From assembly GCF_036365525.1 (NCBI RefSeq), contig NC_090378.1, positions 98,638,116 through 98,702,115 on the forward strand: 64,000 bases of DNA. The letters are read 5' to 3'. A program made the position numbers and the translations under genes. This document shows positions 51,151 to 63,382 of the stretch, piece after piece (position 1 is the stretch's first letter; each line of letters starts with the position of its first letter). Below the pieces are notes generated by a model. That model was given only the letters and a program-made list of their open reading frames with translations. It was not told the DNA's origin and ran no database searches. The stretch comes from Heterodontus francisci. Taxonomy: Eukaryota.

Positions 51151-51870
51151 TGCACATCACATTCTATATGTATATAATTTGTATGTGACTAATTAATGTA
51201 ATGTAATTAAGATTACGAGCTCTATATCGAGTACATCATATATTTGTGTTTGGGAGGGAAGTATACTACAAATTATTTTACAAAATGACTAAAATGATGA
51301 ACATAATCACCTATTGAAGCACAACAGCACAATTAAACCACTGCTTGCATTAAGAATCATTGCTCAAAGCACTTTGCAGGGATGATAAATGTGAATGAAA
51401 GATGAGAATGACTGGGGAGAAATGGAGCAAAAGGCATCATCAGAAGAATAGACTTTTAAAAAGCTTTTGAAGGACCTAAAAGAATCTACGGCAAATGGCT
51501 TTGGGAGGGAGTTCCAAATAGTAGGAACTATTCTATTGAAAAGAATACATTTACACATGCATCAAATCATTCAGACAGAGAGAATGGTGTCTCATTTCCA
51601 ACAACACAGTAAAGCCTTTTATTCTGAATAAAATTTATTTGGTTTTTTTTAAAGAACAATCACAGACAGAATTAAAGAATTGCAGATTCGAAGCTGAACC
51701 AGTCCGAATGACCCTGTCACCCACTGGAAATAGTGTTATAGTTGAGGCCCGAGGTTTGAGATTTGAGAAGGCTCCATTTTTTTTTAACAAAGTAGTGAAA
51801 CAGCTTTCTTTTTTGGTGTAATTGCTTAAACTCTGTTGACAGCAGTCTTGACACAGAATTGCGCAGTTTT

Positions 51871-51890
51871 TGTGTGTGTGTGTGTGTGTG
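51871..51890. repeat. (TG)n microsatellite
   Basis: About 10 TG units. Confidence 0.9.
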
Positions 51891-54254
51891 TATTTTAAGA
51901 AATACATGGTTCAAAGAGGAAGGCTAATAGAGAAATAAACTGCACAGAAAATACACTGTAAAAAACACTGAACATCCCATTTCTATACACAAAGAAAAGT
52001 AAGAATTAAAAACACAAGAAAAAGATCCAAATATACTTCAGGTAGCATCTTAACTGAGCATAGAAACAATTAACTCAAATCTATTTTCAATATCTGTCTA
52101 AATTACATCAAATAGGAAAGTGTAAGGATTGTTCTCTTAGACAAATGACTGTTTTGCAAGATGAAATACAGAAAGTTAAAAGGTGATGTATTATGAAAAG
52201 TAAGAGCATTCCAATGGTCAGACCACAAGAACTGAAGAACCCATTCATTTTTACATCGGTAAATTTTTGTATGTACATTTTAATCCAAAATAATTTAAAA
52301 TTGCATCTTCATACAGATGATGTGCTTTTATAAATTAAACAACCAAAAAGAAAAGCAAGTAGTGTAATATATTAATATTGTTTAATGCTAAAAAAACCAC
52401 AATGATTTGAGTTATTCAGTGTACAACTTAAGCAAGGCTAAGTAAAAAGCAAGATGGGAATAGAAGAGATAGATAACAGTTCTCCTGTGGCACAGAGAGC
52501 ACAGGAACACTCACTTAAAAAGTACTCATTGGAAAATTAAAAAAATAAAACTCATCCAAAATCACTAAAGCAGCAATTGCATCAGGGCTGCCCAAAAGTT
52601 CAGCATCTGAACTTTGCTCCTGTATTACAGTTATCTATCAAAGTTGATGCGTTACCAATTACAGACAGAAAATATGTCCTTCATGCTAAACAACCAGAAA
52701 GCATCTAAAAGAGTTTAATTTCACCCACTCTGCTGCCTGCTCCTTTGGAATGCTCTTACTTTTATCAATCTCTACTGAAAAAGTGTTAAGATTTCATTGT
52801 TCTACATCAAGCTGCTTTAAATTATTTAACATCATCTGGTTAATATCGTGTACTTTTGTACACCTAGAACAATATTTTATAATACAATTTCTTTGACTCC
52901 ACACCTTAACGAGTAGCTCAATTAAATTAGCCTTCAATTACCAATTTGTGAAACATATTGAACATTACATCAACCCTGGAAGCTAGTTCAGCACTTTTTA
53001 GCATTTTGTGCTCAAACACAGTCAACTGGTGAACTGTTCCTGGTCTGGGCCTCGCAGACCAGTTAAAGCAAGTATTCTTTTGTGCAGTTATTCCATTTCA
53101 GAAAAAAAATGACACATCATTCAGCAGAGTTATTGCACAGTCTATTAAGCTCCCAACAATTACCTACAAACACTAAATACAGCGATCTGTACATATACCG
53201 TTAAAAACCCTCCACCCTCCTCCACCCTCACAATAGAAGCCCTCGCATTCTTTGTGGGGGTAATATTGACTTTGCATGATAGTGTAAAATGGATGATAGT
53301 TAGCTGACAGCCTATCTTACATTGAGCCCACACTTTATCAAAAAGCTGCCGAGATGTAAAACAGGCTGCCGACATTTTAAGCACTTTTTTTTCTTTGACA
53401 CACTTCGTAGATTCATGAGGAGATGAGTTTACCCCTGGTTCTATTTTCTGAAACTTTCTTTATGTGTTTCAGTGTCAAATGTTGTCTGATAATTCTCTTG
53501 TGAAGCCCTTTACTACATTTAAAGGCACTGTATAAATGCAAGTTGTTGTTTTCAAATGTACAAGAGCACAGTGGGGCAATTATCTCTCCTGAATGAATGA
53601 TACCCACAACAAACTGTAAAATATTAATTGAAATGCTTTTTTTTTAAAACCAACACAAATGCAATTTAATGGATTGTCAGCAACAATAGAACTGGCGACA
53701 ATGTAGCTGTAGGTCTCCAACTGCACCAACAGGCAAAGTCCTGTGTGACAATGATTGATGAACATTGTTTCTAATACGAGAAACAGAAATGTGCCTGCTC
53801 TCTTTTTTATCATTTACAGTGTGTGCACCCCTGATGGACAAAGTAATGATTACTCAATTCAATGGAGGAATTTAAATGGTTAGCCACTGAGAGGCTAGGT
53901 AACTGACTAAGACATTAGGCCTGTGTTTGTATTCAGGGGCAACCAAAGTCAATCAGTTGTCGAGCATTGTAATGAACAGAGACCAGAAGTTTTTAAAAAA
54001 AAGTTGAATTTCTCTTCCTGAGTGTATTTGCAAATCTATTTCCAGTTATTGAGGAAGGAACAACCCAATTCCTTGTCATGCTGCTAAGTAGCATTAATTT
54101 GACATCTTGGCACATTTAGCAGTGCCTCAAAGTGAATAACATTCTGCCCTACAGTATTAAGTTTTAGAAAAGGGAAGAAAGTACATCTTGCACTTTAAAA
54201 GCTACATGTAGTTTGGTAATGCATACAGTAATAATCATACATAGGCATCACAAG

Positions 54255-54600
54255 TGATCAGAGAGGGGGATTCGATTAGGGCAAATACTGAGAAACTATT
54301 TCCTCTGGTGTAGGAATCTAGAACAATGGGATGCAACCTTAAAATTAGAGCTTGGCCATTCTGGAGTGAAATCAGAAAGCACATTTTACACTCAAAGAGT
54401 ATTGGAAATCTGGAAGTTTCTCCCTGAAAAAGCTGTGGATGCTGGGACAAATAAAAGTTTCAGGCTTAAAGTTTGATCGAATTTGGTTAGGTAAGAGTGT
54501 CAAGGGGTATGGATTAAAGGTGGCTAAATGGAGTCACAGATCAGCAATGATCTAATTGGAACAGGCTCGAGGGGCTGAATGGCCTACCCTGTTCCAGTGT
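54255..54600 (+). mobile_element. CR1 3' end fragment
   Basis: gagaaactatttcctctggtg...ggctcgaggggctgaatggcctac. Confidence 0.8.
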
Positions 54601-55861
54601 CCAATGTACCATTCTATTTAAATGATGCAAAATGAGTAGCTTTACCAAGTTGTGACTTTTTCCTGGTATTTCCCAACATGACTATTTAAATTTTATATTC
54701 CTAAAACAACCGGATTTGTTCCGACTATTTGCTGTCCCATTTTATACCACTTAACTGGAGGTCTACTGTGGGCTGTGTTTAGAACCTACACCCTCAGATT
54801 TAGCATCATAGACATTCAAGTACTGAGCTATGAAATAATTGCTGGCATGAATTATTATTAATACATATAAATAATATATACATAGAGAAAGCAATGTTAT
54901 TTTCTAGTAGTGCACTGAATTTAACTGTGATGATGCATAACCCTAGAGAGAAGCCTCTATTAGTAACAGTGCATTTTATATAAATGCAAGTCTTTATTTT
55001 TTAATTTAATCTCTAATATCAGCTAATACAACTAGCATGGAAAGACCTGGGGAAATAAACTCCAACAAAAAAATGGACAAGAGTAATTAAACTTAGAATA
55101 AACTCACCACAAGGTTTATATTAACTGTTTTAGTTTTGATCTTGTGGTTTCTAATGGCAATTGAGCCCATTAATTAGTTCAATGAGTTTGTAATCATTCC
55201 CATCAATCCGCTATATTTAATTGTTACACCGTACGTTAATGCAAGTGCTATGAGACGTACTGTTACCATGTGGATTACTATAACACTGCACCTCTCCACC
55301 TAAATATTTAACCCAATCCAAAAGAAAACAAAATAGAATAAAATTGAAAATCAAATATTGCCTCTTTTTAAAAAAAGACTAGTTAGCAATTCAAATGGGC
55401 CTTGTACAAGAAATTGGAGTATTAATAACATGTAGAGAGGAGACATGAAATTCGTCACAAGAACTCTAAGTATACGGCATTGAATGTAACTAATTTGAAC
55501 AAATGGCCACCCCTTAATATTTGCCTGGCAGCACTTAAATCAGCAGAAAGTATTTACGATACTGTCAGTAGAATAGTGAGGTATTTATTATAGCACACAT
55601 GCTCACACACAGGAACTCTTTCAGCGTGTCTTATACCCTCTGAAAAAGATTAGTAATTAGGTAAGGCTTTATTTCTGGATTTTGGTCAGACTTGTGCCTG
55701 CTATGTCAAAAGTGTACATTGCCAACAGCAAAACCAAATTTATAGATATTCGAAGGATCTTTTTGCAAAATACCCCTGTCACATAAACAACCACTCTCAC
55801 CATCAGGACCCCTTTAAAAAATCGTCAGTAATGTAGAATTATGATTAATATTAACATATTG

Positions 55862-56215
55862 TGTGGTTAGTACCACAGCCTCACAGCTCCAGCGACCCGG
55901 GTTCAATTCTGGGTACTGCCTGTGTGGAGTTTGCAAGTTCTCCCTGTGTCTGCGTGGGTTTCCTCTGGGTGCTCCGGTTTCCTCCCACATGCCAAAGACT
56001 TGCAGGTTGATAGGTAAATTGGCCATTATAAATTGCCCCTAGTATAGGTAGGTGGTAGGGAAATATAGGGACAGGTGGGGATGTGGTAAGAATATGGAAT
56101 TAGTGTAGGATTAGTATAAATGGGTGGTTGATAGTCGGCACAGACTCGGTGGGCCAAAGGGCCTGTTTCAGTGCTGTATCTCTAAAATAAAAAAAAATAA
56201 AAAAAACTAAAAATA
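55862..56215 (+). mobile_element. V-SINE (HE1-like)
   Basis: B box, V-domain, tail and A-rich end. Confidence 0.9.
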
Positions 56216-57062
56216 ATTAATTTTGTTTCATCCATTTCTACCAATGATAATTCATCTCTGTTATATTTGTGCCCTGTAACTCATTTCAGCTAGTAGTCCT
56301 AATTGTATCAGCTTTTACTATTAAAATTTATTTAAAAGATTTAAAAATGGATAGATCAAAACATTATGATGGCCATTCCAATAATAGTTTTTCTACTTAT
56401 TTCATTTTTAAGAATGGTTCCTGATACTAACAGTCCCTCCTTGATCTTTCATCTAATGATCCTATTTGCATGAAAGGAGCAAATTGTCAGCAACTGATGG
56501 TAAAGAGTGGATATGCACAAGCTATCAAAACATTAACCTTTCTATCCAGATGCTCTTCCATTCATTACAATTATATGTAGAGAGGTATATATTATGTTTA
56601 GAGTATTCAGACAATGCCTTCCTTTCCTTTCCTTCTCCAGAAGGTTTTCTCTTCTTTCTTTTTAATTATAGCTGAATGCCTCAGGGATGTTTTACTATGA
56701 TAAAGATGCTCTCTAAATGCGAATTGTTGTTGTTGAAGTGTCTCTGGGTCTCATACACTATGCCAATAGGGCAAAATTCTCTACCTTTGTCTTGTTTCTA
56801 ATTGATGGGAGGGTTGTGGGGTGGGGGGGGGGGGTGGGTGCGTGGGTGGGTGCATTGCTGTACATGGTATATAAAGAGGGAAACATGCAACATTGAACAG
56901 CATTAAAGAGATTCGTAATTTTAATGGCTATTAAAATCCCAGTGGCTGATGCTTTCTCACATGTGTGGTCTTGATTTCAGCCAGGCTGGTGATGGGGTGG
57001 CGTGTTGTATGAATGCTCAAGAGCAAGGAAAGAAACCAGAAAACAATATACGTAGACTCTTT

Positions 57063-57718
57063 AATAAAAGCAAAATACTGCGGATGCTGGAAATCTGAAA
57101 CAAAAACAAGAAATGCTGGAATCACTCAGCAGGTCTGGCAGCATCTGTGGAAAGAGAAGCAGAGTTAACGTTTCGGGTCAGTGACCCTTCTTCGGAACTG
57201 ACAAATATTAGAAAAGTCACAGATTATAAACAAGTGAGGTGGGGGTTGGGCAAGAGATAACAAAGGAGAAGGTGCAGATTGGACCAGGCCACATAGCTGA
57301 CCAAAAGGTCACGGAGCAAAGGCAAACAATATGTTAATGGTGTGTTGAAAGACAAAGCATTAGTACAGATTAGGTGTGAATATACTGAATATTGAACAGC
57401 AGCAAGTGCAAACCTGAAGAAAAACAACCTGAAAAAAACAGTGGGTAAGCAAACTGAACAAACTAAGATGAAATGAAATAAATGCAAAAAAAGATTGTAA
57501 AAAATGTAAAAAGGAATGTAAAAAAAAAGGAAGAAAAAATAACTAAAAATGACTAAAAATGAAAGTAAAGTGGGGGGCTGTCATGCTCTGAAATTATTGA
57601 ACTCAATGTTCAGTCCGGCAGGCTGTAGTGTGCCTAATCGGTAGATGAGATGCTGTTCCTTGAGCTTGCGTTGATGTTCACTGGAACACTGCAGCAATCC
57701 CAGGACAGAGATGTGAGC
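57063..57718 (-). mobile_element. Penelope-like element, 5'-truncated, with GIY-YIG C-terminus and 3' UTR
   Basis: 15-bp TSD atacgtagactcttt (57048-57062, 57719-57733); peptide RKLKEQHLIYRLGTLQPAGLN matches the PLE endonuclease end. Confidence 0.9.
57163..57199 (-). ncRNA. Minimal type I hammerhead-ribozyme-like motif (U4C variant)
   Basis: AGUU-CCGAAGA-A-GGGUC-acu-GACCC-GAAAC-GUU-AACU: stem I AGUU/AACU, stem II GGGUC/GACCC, palindromic ACGU stem III. Confidence 0.6.
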
Positions 57719-58179
57719 ATACGTAGACTCTTTGGTGGCCATACTGAGTGGTAAAGGCAATGGCCTAGAAACAGGTAGCTTGCCTTTCTCCTTGGGTGAG
57801 GAATAATATAAAATGAGGGAAGATGACAACTTTTGCTGTTATTCTATTTGTCTGACCAATGAAATTAAGGCATGTTAAATATCAATTTATGCAAACTAGC
57901 TGGGCATAGGTATCACACACAATGGGTTTAAATTCAGAGAGCCGTTGCACTGCATGTGCATTTACACGGTGTCACATATAACCAACATGCCTCATGTATG
58001 CAGTCAAAGAAAATCAGAATATACAGCCTGTAGAGTGAGCATAACCTCAAGGTAGGTGTTAGGAGCTTTTAATATGCATCATGATGTGATGGCACGACAT
58101 ATAATGGACTCTTTGGTGTTGTGTCAGCTACATTTGTGGCATACATTTACTCTGCTGTCAGACAACCACTTTGAATAAG

Positions 58180-58395
58180 TCATAGGAACATAGGAAATAG
58201 TAGCAGGAGTAGGCCAATTGGCCCCTTGAGCTTGCTCTACCATTCAACTAGATCATAGCTGATCTTCTACCTCAATGCCATTGTCCCTTATCCCTTGATA
58301 TCATTAATATTCAGAAATCTATTGATCCCTGTCTTAAATATACTCAATGATTGAGCCTCCACAACCCTCTGGGGTAGAGAATTCATCAGAGTTGA
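58180..58395 (-). mobile_element. CR1 3' end fragment
   Basis: cataggaacataggaa tail; NSLPQRVVEAQSLSIFK. Confidence 0.85.
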
Positions 58396-58397
58396 TG

Positions 58398-58758
58398 GGC
58401 GGCACAGTGGCGCAGTGGTTAGCACCGCAGCCTCACAGCTCCAGGGACCCGGGTTCGATTCCGGGTACTGCCTGTGTGGAGTTTGCAAGTTCTCCCTGTG
58501 TCTGCGTGGGTTTTCTCCGGGTGCTCCGGTTTCCTCCCACAAGCCAAAAGACTTGCAGGTTGATAGGTAAATTGGCCATTATAAATTGTCACTAGTATAG
58601 GTAGGTGGTAGGGAAATATATAGGGACAGGTGGGGATGTGGTAGGAATATGGGATTAGTGTAGGATGAGTATAAATGGGTGGTTGATGGTCAGCACAGAC
58701 TCGGTGGGCCAAAGGGCCTGTTTCAGTGCTGTATCTCTAAACTAAAACTAAACTAAAA
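58398..58758 (+). mobile_element. V-SINE (HE1-like), full length, young
   Basis: gggcggcacagtggcgcagtggttagc A box, gggttcgattcc B box, CpGs intact, (actaa)n tail. Confidence 0.93.
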
Positions 58759-58984
58759 TCGTAGAAGCGCAGAAACAGCTACAGGTAGTTTTGTCGGTAA
58801 AAAAAATCTCTATTATTGGCAATGGGTGGTCCATTATTTGGAATGGATCAGTGCCCTTGAAAGGTTAATGAGAAGCAATGTTTTAAGTTGGCTGTGTGCA
58901 CAGTGTGACTTTGGTGTTATTTCCTGCTTCGGTTTTGTTGAGGTTTGGCAGACATACTCCAATTAGGATCAATTAAATATGCCA

Positions 58985-59190
58985 AAGTGAACATTAAAAA
59001 CTCGAGTTTATATGGCACCTTTTACATTGAAGGATGTAGCAAAAGCCAAATAGAGGACAAATGCTGTCACATATTGGGAGAGATAGGAGAGCTGACTAAA
59101 AGCTTGGATGAAGACATGACTTTTAAGAAAGCTTTCAAAGAGAGAAAAAAAAAGAGGCAGAGGGTATTCGGGAAAGATTACCAGAGGTGG
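58985..59190 (-). mobile_element. L2 3' end fragment
   Basis: tttatatggcaccttttacatt...gactaaaagcttggatgaaga...ttttaagaaagc. Confidence 0.55.
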
Positions 59191-60554
59191 CTCTGCCACA
59201 AACATAATGAACAAAAGGAAAACATGATATAGTCAGAGAACTAGAGAACACAGATGAGGCATATAGAAGTTAGAGAAAGAGCGCATGGAGTAAGTCGATG
59301 GAAGAATTTGAAGATGAAGTTGAGTTTAAATTCAATGCACTCAGCAACAGTGAGCCAGTGTAGATCTTAACCCTTTCTCTATAAACACACATTAAAGTTT
59401 GCACTCCCATCCAGACAGCATTAAACGGGATTTCTGTTTGTACTGTAAACTTCATAAGATTTCATAGTTTTGTGAATGAAATAGATAATGTTTTGTACAA
59501 TTTCAGCAAGAGATAATCAACTTCTGAAAATGGTCTCCCAACAACCAGACTAATGCAATATCCAAGAGCATGAACAAAACTTGCTTGTAGATAGGCTCAA
59601 CTATTTCAACCACTGAGAGCTAGATCTTGTTCCAATAATATCAACATTATTTTGGTTATTCCATTAGCAAAGGATTCCCACATTGTACCAGTTTGGAAGG
59701 GTGGCACTTAACTATCAACATGAGTCTGGGGCCTATAATAAACTTGAAAAGTTTTGTACGGGCTGCCGAAGGTGGAGGGAGGGAGGAAGGGCACTTGTGG
59801 GTGTTGACCTCCACCCAATAGGGCAAGAATTGCAAGCAAACATTTCCGCTGAAGAACAGAAAAATAAATAGGAACAAACCACACACACACACACAATATC
59901 ATTACTTAAAGTAACCAATTTGGAAAAACAACAGTAGCATTTATAGTAATTCTGTACTAGCAGAAATATTGAGTTATTCTGAATATTGATTTGTAGCACA
60001 AAAAAATGCACTTTGTGATAACAGCAGTTTGAAAATTTAGCCTTCATTGGTTTTGCAACAGTCGAACAATTAGCCATTCTGTCATGAGCCCTGCTCATAT
60101 CCTACACCAGTATGTGACCATAGATTAATATCCTTTGTCAGGCAGATATCAATGTGATGTTGCACAGTGGCAAAAACAGGGACTACCCTTTGGATAGCGC
60201 TAAGGAGATCCCACACCCATGAGCTCTTTATTGAAAGTAGTGGGCGATACGTAACAGGTGAAAGCCAATGCAGAGATAGGGAAATAGAAATAAAGGAATC
60301 ACCTTCAAAATATCAATTAATGCACTAGTAATTAATAATTGGTCACCAAAATCAGCTGCTCTTGTACCGCCATTTGAAAGAGTGCAAGAAGCCCAACGAA
60401 GAGAGATAATACCGCTTTCAATTGATTCTATGTCACATTATCCCAAGAGATTTTTTTAGTTGCCTTCCAGAAGACATTTTCCCCAAACTACATCAGTTTG
60501 ACAGAGAAGTGTTGGTTCCGATCACAGATCAGAGCCGAGTAGTGCAGAGCCACG

Positions 60555-60828
60555 TCATAATTCATCTCGAGAGGCTGTGTCGAAGGGGGCCTGGGGCTGC
60601 AGTGCCTCTGTATTCTGAGCTTCGGCCCCAATGTCTCCCTGTTCATTGGTTTTTTTGGATAATTTGCGGTTCCAGTCTGTTGATATCTCATCATTGTCCC
60701 AGATGATAGAGGTTTCGGTATCACTGATATAGCCTGGTTCTCCAGTGTAGTGCGTCGGGTAAATCAGCAGTGGCTCCACTGAAAAGGCCTTCAAATCACG
60801 AGGGTCGTAGAACATCATATAATCCTCG
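60555..60828 (-). CDS. COLGALT2: Procollagen galactosyltransferase 2, last coding exon (upstream exons lie beyond the window)
   Basis: EDYMMFYDPRDLKAFSVEPLLIYPTHYTGEPGYISDTETSIIWDN...NTEAL...SRDEL*. Acceptor tttttaacag| at 60829-60830 (phase 2). RDLKAFS, NTEAL and SRDEL favour COLGALT2 over COLGALT1. Confidence 0.92.
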
Positions 60829-61082
60829 CTGTTAAAAATTGTAATGAAAAGTTTACAAAATTATATTTGATACCCTACATTTTCCATTACCAACTGTCAT
60901 AAATTTACCTCACAGAGCTTGGAACCTCATCCATGACATTAGATGCTTCTTAAACTTGTGGCTTATTTACTGTCCAAACTATTAACTTAATAGAATAAAC
61001 TTCATACATGAATGTACAAAGGAAAAACATATTGAGGCAAATGGAGCACAGGTTAGATAGAGGGGTCAAAAGAAAAATGGAA

Positions 61083-61505
61083 AGAACTTGCATTTATGTG
61101 ATGCCCTATCATGACCTCAGGATGTTCCTTCCAAAGCTCTTTACAGCCAATGAAGTACTTTTGAAATGCAGACATTGTTTTAATGTAGAAATCACGGCAG
61201 CCAAATTGTGAAGAACAAGGTCCCACAAACAGCAATATAATAATGCTCAGATAATCTGTTTTTCAGTGATATTATTTGAGGGATAAATATTGACCAGCAC
61301 ACCAGGGAGAACTTCCCTGCCCTTCACCAGACAATCTTGTACATCCACTTGAGAGGGCCGAATATTTCACCTAGAAGACAACATGTCCCTCAGTACTGCA
61401 ATGGTAGCCTTGATTTTCTTTTGTACTCAAGTCCTTGGAGTGGGACTTGAACGCTGAACTTCTAAGTCAGAGGCGAGCATTCAAACTACGGAGCTACAGC
61501 CGACA
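61083..61505 (-). mobile_element. DeuSINE, full length
   Basis: Head antisense ggagtgggacttgaac...ggagctacagc; Deu domain; tail aagaacttgcatttat. Confidence 0.8.
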
Positions 61506-61534
61506 CCTAGACCACCTGAGCTAAAATCCTTAAC

Positions 61535-61840
61535 AATCATAGAATCATAGACTGATTACGGCACAGAAGGAGGCCATTTGACCCATGATGTATGTGCCGG
61601 ATCTCTGCAAGAGCAACTCACCTAGTCCCACTCCCCCACCTTTTCTCCATAGCCCTGCAAATTTTTTCTCTTCAGATAATTATCCAATTCCATTTTGAAA
61701 GCCTTGTTTGAATCAGCCTCCACTGCACTGTCAGGCAGAGCATTCCAAATCTTAACCACTCACTGCGTAAAAAGGTTTCTCATTATGTCGCCGTTACATC
61801 ATTTGCCAAACACCTTAAATCAGTGCCCTTTGGTTCTTAA
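61535..61840 (-). mobile_element. CR1 3' end fragment
   Basis: (atcataga)n tail; ggcacagaaggaggccatt. Confidence 0.85.
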
Positions 61841-62373
61841 AATCTCAGAAGAGCATCTTCCAATGGATCAAGATGGCATTTCTTTTGTCTATACCATTAA
61901 TTACTGTGGCATCTGAGTGATTCTGCCAATTTAATGCAAATTATAGTTTGAGGGCATCTTTGCATTACAGATTAAAATCTCCCACCACCTGGATTGGGCC
62001 TTCAAAAGTTATATTCAAAAAGGGGCTCATGGTGAAAGGATAGCAGTTAACCCATAACACCACCACACCCCTCATTTTATTTAAAAAGTATCAGTTCAGC
62101 CATGAACTTACTGAATGGCGGAGCAGGCTCGAGGGGTCAAGTGGCCTACTCCTGCTCCTAATTCATATGTTCGTATGTAAAAACAGTCATTTATTCTCAT
62201 TTTATTTTAGCTTCTTTATCGTGGCAAGAGCACTACCCATTGAAACACAGCTGACTCATATAGGTCTGATTTGATTGAACTACAAGTGCTAAACTGTAAA
62301 CAGGTTATAGCTTGGCTCATTGGTCACACTACTGGAGTCAGGTTAAAGCCTCTTTGCAGAACTTAAGTACCTA

Positions 62374-63380
62374 GGGTGGAACTTTTATTCAACAGACCAA
62401 CTCGCAGTGAGGGGGACAGCAGCAAGTCAGGAACATGCTTGTTTTCTCAGCAGGCTTTGCTGTGGTTCTTTAACTTCAGCACGGAATTAACATCCCGTTT
62501 TCGATTTCCAACCAATCACAAAGAGTGGGCATGATGACAAGCTGCACCTGTCAATGGAAAGATTTCTAGTTAGACCCCAGCAGGGATCAGAGTGACTGAA
62601 TTCTACATTGTTTCCTGAGGCTGCAGCAATGACAAAAATGGAAAGGAGAGGTGGGAAGGCTGCCCTCTCCCCTCCCCTAATCCAGGTCTCTAACTCTTCC
62701 CTGGAGGTCCTGCTGTGGGATCTGCGGAACTGAACTGAGGTGATGTTTCCCAAGTAAAACCAAGCAGATGTGGATGGAAGTAACCAAGGAAGTGAGCAGT
62801 AGCAGTGTGATCTCTTGAACCTAGATACAGTGCCCCCAAGAGGTTCAATGACTACGCAAGGGTAGGAAAGGTGAGTGGTATTCCACTTTCAAGTGCCAAC
62901 CTCTGCACTCTGACCTCTCCAGCATTCTCCTGTACAACACTCCTCAGACCAAAACACCTAAGCAGCTCCACTTGTTCCCTCTCATCAGGCACCACACATC
63001 CCCAACTGAACAGCCGACACTCGCAAACCCTCAGCTTACTGACGTCTCACACTCATGTCCCACAGTTACCCTTCACAACCTGTGTCATTTCCTCCTCTCC
63101 ACACATTCCATTTCTCACACTCTGCTTTCTCTCCTTGCAGGAGAGAATGCACAACTCCAGGAAGAAGCAGAGAACCGGGGGGGGTGGCCCTCCAGTGACA
63201 GCTGCCCTGACGGCCACTGACAATGTGTTCCCACCGAGCCCACAGTGAAGGAGGTCTTGCTCCAGGAGGTCTTGTTCCAGGAGGCTGCAGATGTCAGCAA
63301 TGACCTCCTATGAGAGCCTGAGCCTCCTGAGGGACTGGTGCTCAGACATGTTGAAAATATTCATCTGCTGCCTGGAGATC
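62374..63380 (+). mobile_element. Decayed PIF/Harbinger element with an intron-containing Myb/SANT-like gene remnant
   Basis: TIR-like gggtggaacttt. From ATG 62638: SLEVLL...WMEVTKEVSSSSV...QCPKRFND..R..K, then a GT-AG intron (62871-63140), then ERMHNSRKKQRTGGG. In-frame stops present. Confidence 0.65.
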
Positions 63381-63382
63381 CT

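Noticed and set aside
57581-57829. 82-aa ORF as a chimeric gene
   Set aside because: Only the part inside the TSD is Penelope-derived; the N-terminal part is chance read-through from flanking DNA.
58398-58470. tRNA gene
   Set aside because: The A/B boxes run straight into the V-domain and CR1-like tail, so this is a SINE head. The same applies to the other tRNA-like heads.
45800-60500. RGL1 terminal exons expected from human synteny
   Set aside because: No Ras-association domain sequence was seen in the ORF track or by eye.
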